Assembly: GCA_905178155.1 (NCBI GenBank) | Contig: CAJINV010000003.1 | Coordinates: 7,001,612-7,065,611, forward strand | Source of the DNA: Amoebophrya sp. A120 | Taxonomy: Eukaryota > Protista > Dinoflagellata | Length of the DNA: 64,000 nucleotides | Direction: 5' to 3' | Shown here: one piece after another, positions 41,894 to 54,372 of the stretch | Layout: each line of letters begins with the position of its first letter | Position numbering within the stretch: position 1 is the stretch's first letter | Translations under genes and position numbers: made by a program | Notes under the pieces: generated by a model | What the model was told of the DNA's origin: nothing | What the model saw: the letters and a program-made list of their open reading frames with translations, nothing else | Database searches by the model: none

Positions 41894-42529
41894 AACCATC
41901 TTGACAACTGCCGTATTGGCAACCAATCACCCAGCCCGCCTTCGCAATACAATATTGCCAACGCCCCACTCTTTCCCTTCAGCCTGCGCAACAACCCTAC
42001 TGCTGGGCACGCTTTCACGCCCGTCGGCGCCGCGCGCGGGCGCCCCGCCCAGTGCGGTTGCGGCCCCCCGGGAGGACGAGCGGACCACTTCCAGAACAGT
42101 CACCAACGAGGGGACCGGCCAGCCGCCCAACAGAAGCAGGCAGCGCAGTGGTTAGGTCCGTGGTGAGGCCCGCGGGCGCAATAGCTGTGCCCAACACACA
42201 CAAGCCCCGCACTGGTTAGGTCCGTGTTGAGGCCCGCGGGCACAATAGCTCCAGTTCCGCCACCCCCTCGCGATACATAGCGGACCAGCGGGCAACCCAC
42301 AACACTCCCCCCCCCCCAACCACCCATGCGGGCGGGGCCCGAGAGCCGGGCGCGCCGCAAGTGGGCGGCCCCTTGCGTGCCCGCGGCGAAAAACGGGCGG
42401 AGTCGGCCAGCAAGGCAGCAACCATCCAAACGAACAGGACATCCAAACGAGCAGGACAATGGGCCCCCACCAAACTTTCCCCTTTCAGGCAGGTAACTAA
42501 GAAGGCGGAGGCCCGTTCCGGACCTGATA

Positions 42530-43160
42530 CGGCGGAAGTGGGGGCCCCCTTCGGGCGGGGGCGGCAGGGAGGCGGAGCCCCCGTGTGGGCAAGAAGGGCC
42601 GCGGGGGCCCCCCGCGGGAGGGCAGGAGACCGCTTTTGGCCGGCAGCCCGCAGGAGGCGGGGGGGCCTCCTGCGCGCAAGCAAGGAGGCGGGGGCCCCCC
42701 TGCACGAGCGGTACCCAGCGGCCGGAAGGGCGGGAGCCGGGGGGCCCCCCTGCAGGCGGGCCCCCAACGGGCGAAAGGGTGTGAGGGGGGACGGGCAAGG
42801 GGGCGTCGGCCCCCTGCGCGTGAGCGGTGAAAGAAGGAAGCGGGGGCCCCCTGTAGGCAGGATACCCCCTGCGGGCGGGAGCCGGGGACGGGGGCCCCCC
42901 TGCAGGGGCGCGGGAAGTGAAAGAAGGAGGCATGGGCCCCCCTGCAGGCGCGGTACCAGCGGTCGGCGCCCCGCGATGCCCAGCTGGCGATAGGTTGTGT
43001 GGGGGGGCGATCAAGGAGGCGGGGGCCCCCTGTAAGTGGGCAGTGAAAGACGGAGGCGGGGCCCCCCTGCGGGCGGGAGGGCGGGAGTCGGGGACGGGGG
43101 CCCCCTTGTGGGGAGGCTACCGAGCGGGCGAGAGGCGGGAGGGCGGGGGCCCCCTGTTTT
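42530..43160. repeat. GC-rich minisatellite built on the palindrome GGGGCCCC (about 13 copies, ~50-bp spacing)
   Basis: Repeated GGGGGCCCCCCTGC/GTGAAAGAAGGAGGCGG units. An adjacent 37-bp tandem duplication lies at 42150-42186/42214-42250. Confidence 0.85.
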
Positions 43161-44626
43161 CCCCGAGGGTATGCTCGACGCTAAAAATATAACCTTCACC
43201 GTGCCGTCGTGTTTCAAAGTCTGGGCCTCAGCACGTACCGGTCTCAAGAAAAAATCTAGTGTAGTTTTTAAGATTCGTGTAGCGGACCCCTCCGAGGTAG
43301 GGTCAAAAAGCACCCGTATTTTTCCAACAGTCGCCCATCCGCCTAAAAATTTACACTCCGAGTTTTTTCTTCTGTTTGGGCCAAGGGATCAACAAGAACT
43401 GGCAAGATCCGAAAGGGAGCTGCGCAAGTCCCCAAGCGTGCTCATCGCTGACCGGCATGGACGCAAGACGCTGGCTTTGCGAGATGCGGCCGGAGCTGCG
43501 GAGCTCAGAAAGCAGCTGCATGGTGACGGTCATTTTGCAGAAGGCCTTTGCGTGGTCGCGCGCCGTGTAGCTGGCGGCCGACCCGGTCGGAGGCAAGCCC
43601 GGCCTCGGGCATTAGACAGGACCAGCAATCCGCGACTGCGGGTCAGCAGACTTCGTGACACAGCCTCGCTGATCGTCTCCTCCCCCTCGCGGAATTGGCG
43701 AGCAGTCTAGCCTCCTTAACTATTTCATTTCCACAAAAGCAGCGAAAGCAAGTTTGGCCCGCTCAGATTTATAACGCAAGCTCCCCGAGGCTGCGCGATG
43801 GCCGGTCGGGTTTGCTTTAAAAATAATTTTGATTGAACCAAGAAAAAAATCCATGCATTTTCGAAAATCCTACACTAACAATGATTTTTTCTTCGATAGC
43901 AAAGGGAATGCAACTACTAGGCATGTATGAGCTTCTGATAAGCAGTATTACATGAGCCAAAAAGGCCGCTATGGACCAGATATATAAAAATAAATAAATT
44001 ATCAATAAATTGAAGTAGATGCTCTTCGTCTTTCGTAGTTTTACTCCTCTGGTGCTTTTCCTTTTTGTCGCTCAAAAACCGACGCTCAACCATGGCCAAC
44101 ATTCGTTGCACTTCACAAAGGTGAGGGTGACAGCACTTCATCTTTGACTATTCAAGAGACTGAGAGAAACGGACTTCCTGTACGAGTTGTGCTCACCTTC
44201 ACCCTGAAGACTCGTCGCTCCTCTCTCGGTCGTGGGCATTTGTTTTCCTTTAGTGGTAGTGCTAGAATCCAGCTAGAGCTGTTCTTATTTCTCTCCTGAC
44301 CAACTTCATTTGTTATTGTTTCTGTTTATTGCAAGACGAGCAAGAACAAAGGCGGCCGAAGGGCAAAAACTGTGATGTAACAGTCGCGCATCGGGGGACT
44401 TTTCGAAGATCGCCGTGGGTCTTCTTGACTTCAAGTGCGACGGACTACTAGCGACAGGGACAGTAGGTACTACTTTGATTATAAGTGGGCTGAGTTTGAT
44501 TATAAGTGGGAGCGCGGTCGTCGTCAACATTTGAAGTTAAACGAGCTAAGTAATAAGTACTATCCTGTAGCAGCGGCGCTTGCGAATATTCGCATTCGGT
44601 CTGTCTCGAGCTCGACGCCGGTGCAA

Positions 44627-46663
44627 TTAAAGAAAACACAAATGAACAAAGGCTCCAGCGCTAGTGCTTTCGATTCTATGACATCTTATTCTTAGTTCGT
44701 GTGGTGGTAAAAACCGTTTGTTCGAATTGTGCTTCGGAAGAGTAGTTTTTGTTTTACTTTTATCATGATCTGGGTCTCGAAACATACAAGCAACAGATTC
44801 CGCAACGGTGACTCCGAGCTGGACTAGCAACACACCGCAAAAAGACACTCCTGCTTGTGCCACCGCGGGGGCGCCACGTCCGAGACCTGTGGACAGCAAT
44901 TTTTTCTCCATGCGGTCGGCCTGCGCCGCGACCCAACGACCTTCTTCGATCTGTCGCTCAGTTTTTGTAATCCTGCGCTTCACGCGGCGCTGCAGAATCA
45001 TGGCGTTCGTTTTCGCCTCCATTGCCGGCTCCAGCTCTTCGGCAAAGAATTTTTCGTAGCGGTAGTACGCCTTGACAAGGTCCTCGTTTTGCGACTCCCA
45101 GAGACCGTGGTCGTGAAAAAGGCGACGGGCCAGCGGGACAGTGGACCCGCCCATCCAGTTCTATAGTAGTGAACAACTCCCCCTCCCCCTCAAATATTAA
45201 TATTTGAATATTTATTTGGTTGCCAAATAATGCATTTTTATGTCACCAAATAATGCATTTTTGTGTCATCTTTGTGTCATCAAATCGTGCACATTTCGAC
45301 ATCAAATCGTGCACATTTCGAGATCAAATCGCGCACATTTCGACGCCAAATGCGTCGCAAAAGGTCGCGGATCCGGAACGTCTTCGTGGCTTTGACCGGT
45401 CGAGTCGAAGCCTGTGATCTCCGCACATCTGGCGCGAAAATCGGGATCAGATGCGCCACGAATTCGACGGATTGTCGAACGGTTTGGAGATCATTGGAGC
45501 CAATGACTGTTGGAATAGTTGTCTCAATCGATGCTGATGATCTTATGCATATCTAGCTAGTTAATGTTCATCCTAGATATTGCAGCGCGTAGTTTAGTAT
45601 TATATTAATATAATGTAGCAGCACCAGAAGCACCAAGAGCCTGCTGGGTGTGGTTGGTATGATGCTATTGCTTGCGAGGGTGGTCAGCTGTTTTTTTTTA
45701 TAGAGGATGATCAGCCGAGCCAACAACAGCTACCGACCTGCGCGGGAGGTGGACCTCCATCGAGCTGCACGCTGCTGCTCCTGTCGTCCACCCGGAGAGC
45801 GTGGAGGGCGACGGCCCCCAACCTCTAACAACCGCGTCCACCCGACCACAGCGTGGAGGCCCCAACAGCCACCACGTAGCAGCTCGGCAGCTCCGACCGC
45901 AGCTAGCCACGACGTTAAGCTGCGTGGTTTTCGCAGTGCCCTTCTACTTAGACTAACTAGTACATGCTGTGCTACTACATTATATTAATATACTAGTAGA
46001 ACTACGCGCTGCAATATTTAGGAACATTCACTAGCTAGATATCAGTCCATAAGATCATCAGCACCAATTGAGACTATTCCAGCAGTCGGTGGATCCAATG
46101 ATCTCCGAACCGTTCCACAATCCGTCCAATTCGTGGCACACCTGATCCCGATTTTCGCGCCAGATGTGCGGAGATCACAGGCCTCGACTCGACCGGTCAA
46201 AGACACGAAGACGCTCCGGATCCGCGACCTTTTGCAACGCATTTGCTGCCACAAGACGCAACATAATCGCTGCGCATTTGGCGTCGAAATGTGCACGATT
46301 TGATGTCGAAATGTGCACGATTTGATGTCGAAATGTGCACGATTTGATGACACAAAAATGCATTATTTGGTGACATAAAAATGCATTATTTGGTAACCAA
46401 ATAAATATTCAAATATTAATATTTTGAGGGGGAGGGGGAGTTGTTCACTACTATAAGTTCGGCAGCAGGTTTAGACGCGCCCATTGCCGCACGAACCGGT
46501 ATTCTCGTACCACCGGAAGCCACATCGCCTCCCTGGTATCGTTCAGAAAAATACACCCATGCCGTTGTTTGGCATATTCACAAAAAAACGTTTGATGCTG
46601 TGCGTCTGTCCACCAAAGTGAAAAATGTTGTTCCTTAACCGGTTTAATCCCCACCTTGACCAC
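44627..46663 (-). CDS. Hypothetical coiled-coil protein exons split by the foldback element; may continue the 46733-48699 gene
   Basis: ORF 46451..46663 (QWARLNLLPN) joins 44627..45154 (WMGGSTVPLARR) in frame once 45162-46455 and one TSD copy are removed. Confidence 0.65.
45162..46455. mobile_element. Foldback introner (1294 bp) with ~460-bp TIRs, TSD AGTTC
   Basis: TATAGTAGTGAACAACTCCCCCTCCCC... is mirrored at the right end. AGTTC at 45157-45161 and 46456-46460. Each arm has three 22-bp CATCAAATCGTGCACATTTCGA-type repeats. Confidence 0.95.
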
Positions 46664-46732
46664 GCACTTCGAATAGCGATAGACATTCGAAATAATAGGT
46701 GGCTTGCTTTGCGCATAACAGCTGCTTTCTTT

Positions 46733-48699
46733 TTACATCATGATCATTCGTGACAAAGAGTACAAAGTAGAAGTGTCTCGTCCATAGTTGTCTCTGGTGT
46801 ATTCATTAGACGAGTTTTTTTGTGCCAGGATCTTCCTTTTATTTTCCCGCAGTCGCAGCGCAAATACATAAGTTGGTAGGATGTTCATCTGGTATGGGTG
46901 TACATTGTTGTATGTTGGATACGTGGGCTGCAGCGCATACTCGGACAGAAGGTGTCGGAGGCGCTCCACCAAGCGCCATCGCACCTCCTGGCTCACCAGC
47001 TCGGCGCGGTGGTCTGCCCCCGCAGGACACGTATCCGGGTCCACGATTGCGCACAGTGGTTTGAACCTCCGTTTGCGGGCCGCGGCCCGGAGTTCGGGGT
47101 GCTTGTTTTCCTCGACAAGCATCGCGTTGTCCCACTTCTCCTCGATGTCGTGTAGGAGCACGCGCAGGTTCTTCACCACCCCGCCCTTTGCACGCTTCAA
47201 CTGCCGGAGCGCCTCCTTGTAACTCTCCTCGATCTGCTGCATCGCCTTTTTCTCCTGCGGCGTCATCATCACCTGGAAATACTTTTCCTTGTCAGTGTCC
47301 CGCGGGTTGCGAAACTCGGGGTGCGCCTGCAGTGCTGTGGTTTCCGCCCGTTCAATACCAGCCTGCATCCGCCGAAACTCCGTGAGGCTGTCTGCGAGGG
47401 TCGAAGAGAGGCGGTTGACATGTTCCGTCTTTTCCTTGTTGAGGCGCGCCAGCGTCGTGTCCGCCGCCGCCTGCTTGGCGGCGAACTTCCCAAGCCACTT
47501 GTTCTGGACAGCCAACACGTCCTCCATGAATCGGCGGTAGGCCTTACCCCAAAGCTCGGCCTCGCGGTGCAGCGTGTGCGCCAGGTCACGTGCGGTTCCT
47601 TTGTGTTCCGTGTCGAACCTCTCTTGTTGCAGCATCCGTTCCCGTGTCAATTTCACTGCGGATTTGCGAGAGGTGCGGGCCTTTTCGATCACGCGAAACT
47701 CCTGCAGCGAGAGACCCGGAGCGGGTGGCTTCTCAATCGTGCACGAGTAGTCCCCGAGCTGGTTCCAGCGACAGTCTTTTCGAGGCCCCGACGTTTCCTG
47801 CACCTCGTGTTTTGTTTGTAGTTAGATGGTGCGTGTGCGATTCCAAAAATGCGAGGACAGTCATTGTCTTCGTCACATCATCCCAACTACAACAGCACGT
47901 CATGTAAAGTGTATGCGTACGACGCCACGTCGAAGATTTTTAGGATCATTCATTGCTTCCGATTACATAATGTCACAATGCAGCGCAAAAACAAAATCAT
48001 ATTATACAAAAGTTTCTTCGACGTACCACGTAAACAAAAACAAACTTCACTGTACTGGTACCATGTGAGCTGTACCTTTTTGCAGGCTTTATTGTCCCGG
48101 ATACGTTCCAAAGTATCCGGGTCGACACATTGCGCATCTCCCGTTGCGGCTTTCGCATTAGCGACCAACTTTTGTGCGTAGTCGTACGCACGCACCGCAG
48201 TGTCGTACTGCTTCTTGACTTTTTGATACTGCGCGTTCACTTTGTTGACCTCCAGTTGGGCCTGGTGTACCTTGTCCAACTTTTTTGATTCGGTCTTCAC
48301 CGCGTTGCTTTCTTTCCCAAGCAGCTCACCCTCTTTCTCGCGATCTCCCGGCTCGTTGCTCTCGGCTAGGGTGTCCGTCTTCTTCGCAAGGTCCTCTTGC
48401 GTTCCCTGTGCATTCTTCACGGCGTCGATCTGGGCCTGCAGCTCCTCTTCCTTCAGCCTCAGCCTGGCTTCTATCCGTTCCTTATCTTTCGTCAACAGGT
48501 CAAGGTATCTCTTCTTGGCCTTCTGGTTGTAAATCTCCCAAACCGGGTCGTCGTTGAATGCGGTTCGCGTAACTGGCCAGGAGCCGTGATGTTTCGGATA
48601 ATCTTCTTTATGGTGTTGAAGCAAATACTGCACAGGGACACGCTGCGGGTGCTGCTGATACTGAAGATGAAACCAAAGTGCTGCTTTTGCATCTCCCAT
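46733..48699 (-). CDS. Hypothetical coiled-coil protein, multi-exon
   Basis: ORFs 47950..48699 and 46733..47803 can be joined by a GT-AG intron (ACKK|GTACAG...CACGAG|VQETSG). Charged heptad-rich sequence. Confidence 0.6.
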
Positions 48700-49923
48700 T
48701 TTTCAGGAAAAGCTTCAATGAGGATGAATATGAATGATCCACGAAGGAGCACAGTAACAACCAGGTTTTAATAAATTGCCAGGACGGCACTGTTGATTCA
48801 AGTACTTAGTCCCGGTCCTGCTGGTGCTGTACTAGTTCGAAAGCAAAGCTTTCATCTTTAGGTAAATCTACACCCCTTCTACATCGAGAAAGCTTCGGGA
48901 TTTTCAGTGTAATTTTTCAACTACGTACAATAACATCATTTGGTACGCAACGACGATCACGAAGACGATGCGAAAGCGAAATCACGACTCACGAAACACA
49001 GACGATAGTCACAGACATCAAGGTAGAACGACCAAGGATTTGATTGTCTGTTGTGTTTGAAGACTCCACGAAATTTACTTCCAACTACACGACAATTATT
49101 TGGCGACATCCTGATCCTACTCGACACGAACGCGGCAACTAGGGTTAGGGAACATCAGGTGAATGCCCCGAAAATTCTTGTTCACAGTTTTCTTGTAGTC
49201 GAAGTTAGTCGTGCAGAAAAATTATCAAAATCTTACTCCTATATTTCTAGTTCCAAATGAAACTTGCATAGTTGACCCTTGCAAATATCTTGTCTAAAAA
49301 CAAAACCGTCAAGGACACGTCGTTCAAGCATGCATGGCCTACTGTAGCATGATCATAACAATCTGGAAACATCATACAGAAACAGTTCGTCCCCAAGCTG
49401 CAACAAGCCAATCTGCTCTACAAAAAACAATGCAATGAATTATCGGCAAGCGGAAGCGCGACCTGGCAAAACTTTCATCTCTACAAAGAATAAAAAATTA
49501 TAAATTGAGTCAAAAAATCAAAATCGCCAACTGCAACTTGCAGCTCTTCATACAGTGTTTTTTTCGAGAGGTAGAAGATGACTCACAGCAGGCGCAGGCC
49601 TCGTTGTCCTCGTGCTCCTTCTCCGTCACACGCATAAACTGCAGATACAGGCGGTAAGCAATACTTACGTGGACGGCCCAGTTGCAAAAGAGTCGGTACC
49701 GGCGTCGCGATATCGTTTTGTTGTGGTCGCAAATCACTATCCTAACCAACGACCAGGGAACGAATTAGCTTGAGAAGACGAAGGAGATTCTTGGAATATT
49801 TTGTTTCATCATGATTCAAGCCTTCCGATTCTAATTATTTATGGCGATGCATTCACCTCGAGCTCGACACTTACACTTCTGGTTCTGCGGCCGCACTATG
49901 ACACTTCAATCAGGCAAGAGTGG

Positions 49924-52784
49924 TCAATGAAATCCATCTTCCGTTGCCGAAGGCTCCGTATCCTTGAACGCGTCACTGTGGATGATCGCGTGTAGAGTCA
50001 GCACTTCTACTTCTTGGACGCGCGCAGCATTTTTGCAGGAGTTGGTCGTCCCTGATGTAGGGGTGCTGGTGCCTCGAGCATCTTCAAGAACTCCAACTCC
50101 CTGCCGCGCTGCCGAGGGTGATGTACTTGTAAGCACACAAGTCGAAGCTGTCCTCTTCTGGATCTGGTCTACGTCCACATCACTCTCCATTTCATCTGTG
50201 AACGCGGTGAACTCGGACCCGCAAGAGGGAGACCGCGACATCCAGGATTCTGAAGCATTCCTCGAGGGGGAAGGCGATTGTGTGGCATGACCATGACCAC
50301 CGCGACGCACGTTCTTTACAGAGCAGTCCTGTGGCTCAACAGCACCGGGCTGCTCCTGCTGCACCAATCGAAGTAATTCGTCGAGCTTCATACTGGGTTG
50401 TACGACTCCGATTTGTTCATTCTCCGCGCTGGTGAAGAACAGGTAACTTGAATCGCAAAACATCGCAAGCTGCTCCCATTTCTCAAAGGCTTTCAGCTGG
50501 GAGGGGCAGGTAGCCAGCTGCGCAATCTTCTTCGCAATCCGGTCCGAGTGTGTGCGCCGGAGCAAGGTCCGCAGAATATTGGTCGCCCCACTGCCTTCAA
50601 TGTCCCGCAGGTGATGAATCATCTGTAGTTGCAAAAATGAAAAAATGAAAAACAATTTGCGGCGAAAGGAAAAATCGCACTTGTGTTTGATGTAGCTGCG
50701 TTCTTGTAGAAATGCCTCAAGCTCAACCTGTTCTGACCAATGATGGCATCTTCTACTACGAACTACTTCTACAACTTCATCATCCCACTCCCACAGGGAA
50801 AACAACGATCACACTAGATATAAACATATCGACATTCTCCAATATCACAAGACAGCACCACGACCAGCTCTAGCAGCTACAAAACTTAATGCAGTTCATG
50901 ACTCTGCAGCACCTGGTGCATATGCTTGTCTCTCAAACTCGTTTAGCTTAGTGTGGAGCGTAGCAGTGGCCTCAGTTTGAGGCGTGGGCGTCTTCAACTT
51001 CGTTCATCATAATCATCCTGCTGAGGCCGTCGCATACCAAAACCAAATGGAAAAAGTGGGTTTAAGTGAGGTAGTACCCTCATGGCAAGAGCCTCGTCCT
51101 CTTCTGACGAAAATGCGACACGAAAGATGCCGCGCCCAATGGCATCAGTGGGCCGGACCCAGCGCTGCGTTTCTCCGTTTTTGTCTTTGGTGAAAACTGC
51201 CTCAAATGAAGTACCATCCAGCCTATACATTGCAAAAGTATCGCGCTTGTAAAAATCGCATTGCAAATTTCCCTGGAAGGAACAAAAGAAATTTGCAACA
51301 TTTTTTGGAGATGATCATAGGTAAACGAACGTAATAAATCAGCATCAGCACAACTACTTAGTGATGACTTACCTCAGAAGCGAGACTCGTCGTGCATGAT
51401 TCATTGCAATTAATCGAGCGGCGCGATGCTCTTGCAAAGGATACACCCCCTGTTGGTGCAGCTGTGTAACCACAAATATAGCGTTGGCAAACGTTGCATT
51501 GCTCGCTGTTGCAGCATTACTACATTACTTAGCACTTGCATTTCTGCTTCGTGTGTCTTTGTTATGCTAAACAGACTGCACTACCTAGCCCGGGGGGTGG
51601 TGCGGGGTCTATGGTGTGCACAAGGCACTGCGTGGAACAACACCCGAACATGCCGCCCCAAAGCTGGCACAGAACCAGCAACCGCTATCAGCATCGTGAT
51701 CCTCATCGGCATGAACATGATCAAGCGGACTCGCATGACAAAAATGATAAAAAAGATCGCGACGCACTACATAGGATAGAAATCCGCGCGCGCGCCTGAT
51801 GCAAAAAGTGCAAAAGTCTCGCGCTTTCTTTAACTTTTCCGCTTGTGATTCAAGACTAAAGTAGTAGCACGCATACGCAGCAAGCGCAACAGCGATCAAT
51901 AGAACGCACGAGAACGTCATAACGAAGCGTCCGTCCCGGCGCTTATACCGCGTCCAGAAAGCATCCCGGGTTTTTGGTACTGGGACCTCTAGCTCGCTGC
52001 TTACGAACGCCAGAAAGGGAAAACCCTTGGCGGACGTGTGCCATTGTGGAATAGTGTACCGCCCCACCACTGCCATGTGGTCCTGGAAAGCCGTTTCGGG
52101 ATCTAGGCGAAGCGCCGCGTCGTCGTTGGCGAGACGCCCGAAATGCACTTCAACAGGCGCCACGAACGACGTGAAGAAAAACTGCGAGGCCAGCTCCAGT
52201 GTGTCTAATCCTTTTTGGTCAGAGTAATTGGGTTCCGCGAATAATTTCTGGCAAGCTTTTGTCTGAAGATCATTCACGACATCGTTGTAAACTTTGAAAT
52301 TGGCATTGGAATTCCGTCCCTGCTGGTGCTGCTTTGTGCCAGCTACTTGCTCTACTGCAGTGATGCCGTCCGTTGCGACCTTGGTCTCGGCCTCGTCTTG
52401 TTCTGCAGTTCGTCTTATTGTGTTTGTGTCGGTGTCGTCTTGGTCTTGAAGAACAATCCGTGTGGCAAGGCGCTCATCAAAAGCGCTTCGGCGTTGCAAA
52501 TGTTCACGATGAATATCGCCAAGGATGTGATTCAACAAGACTCCGTAAGAAGTGCCCACCTGCTGGTGAATGAAAGGCGAAAAGTGTTGCGCTACGAATT
52601 CGGCAACGGAGAGCGTGGCGTCGACGTCATGCGCGAAAAAATCCTGGCCATTTAGTCCCTTTACCTCCACCCGGATGTGGGGTCTGGTGCCGCATTCTTT
52701 AGCTCCTTGGGCGCATGCTCCTTGCTTCGAACCCAACATGAACATCTTAACTTGCTTATGTATCACTGTATAGCAAAGTGGCAA
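49924..52784 (-). CDS. Hypothetical membrane protein, multi-exon; may be two genes
   Basis: ORFs 51609..52784 (TM helix FVMTFSCVLLIAVALAAYACYYF), 50994..51266 and 49924..50805. The exon FVVTQLHQQGV-DGTSFEAVF is restored by removing 51224-51443. Confidence 0.5.
51224..51443. mobile_element. TIR introner (220 bp), TSD CAGCC/CACCC; same TIR family as 10240-10434
   Basis: TATACATTGCAAAAGTATCGCGC / GCGCGATGCTCTTGCAAAGGATA. Flanks 51219-51223 and 51444-51448 match at 4/5. Confidence 0.85.
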
Positions 52785-54372
52785 TGGGCTCTGTCTCTGT
52801 ATCTGTCACCAAGTAGTTGAGTTGTAACGAGAAGCTCAACATGAACATAAATTTCGCCGCACTTGTGAAAAGATTTACAAACAGGCATCAGTAGTGTTGA
52901 CGGAAAACGGAAGAAAACATATAAGGAGCATGATGATGCAATTGCAATTTATTTCTACTTCAACTTTTTTCACAAAATACTAATACCGTGCAAAAAACGA
53001 ATAGCAAAATTACATGCACTTGCACACATCGAAAATAAAATGACAACAGCAACAGTTTTGTCGACAATTGCCACCTCCATCCAGACACCATAAATTCAAA
53101 ATGCACGACGATCACGACATAGGTCGTATATTTTTATGTGCTAGTTGGTGTTGGTTCTCCGCTTGTTGACGTTCTTGACGTGATCATACTCACCTCTCAC
53201 ACTCCATCATCCGCGACGGGCAGCAGCTAGGCTACAGCCAGGCAAGTTTTTTATCCTTCTCCTTTGTATTTCTTTCAACTCACGTTCGCCCGATATTTAT
53301 CTTATTTTAGACTCTTCTCTCTTCTGCAAAAATGAATCGAACTCTCTGTGCCGCATCGACATGCACACACTTTACGGGTCCACAAATAAATGTAAGAAAG
53401 AGCGAGAAAAATGTGAAAACGAGAGCACGAACATCTCAGAGCCAAGCCATCAAGTGCAAGTGAAAGGAATAAAATCATAATGGACGCACTTGGCAATGGC
53501 GACTTCACGCAGCTACCTCGTGATAGAACACTTCGGCTGCATCGGCTCTTTTTGCTTTTCGTATACTTTCACTTTCACTGTCGTACTCAGAGTATAATCA
53601 TAATGCGGCTTTACAACGTGACAAGAATGCGAACATGCATCGTGTTGGCGTCCTCGCTTTTTCTACCGCTGCCCGCAGAGCAGCTTCGAATCCGTGTAGC
53701 AAAAACAGTTCCCCACACCATACTGGGCCACACCAACAGCGCCAAACAGCCCTCCCTTGTGCTGCACGACCACTCCGTTGTCATTCACAGCGTGATTTAC
53801 GAAACTGTACCTGAAAATGAAAATACGTACTAAAATCATGTAGTTTTGTTTGTGGGTGGCTGTATCCAAGAAAATGCAAATGCATGTGGTCGATTATCGA
53901 GCCCATCAAAGACTTGCACGAACTCGATCTCGAGGTTGTTTAATAAACAAGGAGAAGGAAGACCAAGCGTCTCAAATATGTTGAACAACAGTCCAAACTC
54001 CCTTTACTGAATGAGTCTGAGACTGAGTTTTCGGAATGCATGTAATCTATGTATTGAAAAGTTGAAGATATCAGCTGATATAAATATATTTTTTCTGCAG
54101 GCAGATATGTCGAGTACATGACTCCCACGTCGCAGTCGGACATCTCAATGGTGCCGGACATACCCGTATGAAAAAGAAAAAGCTCCTATGCCATGAATCT
54201 CCAGGTGCCTTCTTTTCCCGCCGGGGAGACAAAGATCGTCAGAGCTGAAGTTTTTAGCTCAATGATCCGCGCCAGATGCTAGAGTGATTTTAACAATGAA
54301 AATGATGCAAAATAAGCAGGAGCGATGTCATGTACGTGCTCCTGATAGAGATACACAACATGATCTCAATAT

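Larger units (their letters stand above)
39969..43898. mobile_element. Large (3930 bp) non-autonomous TIR element, TSD GCAAA, upstream of the SHOCT gene
   Basis: TIR of ~60 bp TATCGAAGAAAAAAA(T)CATTGTT(G/A)GTGTAGGATT. GCAAA at 39964-39968 and 43899-43903. Further inverted boxes at 40503-40528/43354-43380 and 40672-40692/43220-43240. Confidence 0.9.

Noticed and set aside
41032-43710. ORFs of 200-300 aa as a transposase or cargo genes
   Set aside because: They are Pro/Gly/Arg-rich translations of GC-rich repeats, open on both strands, with no DDE or other motif.
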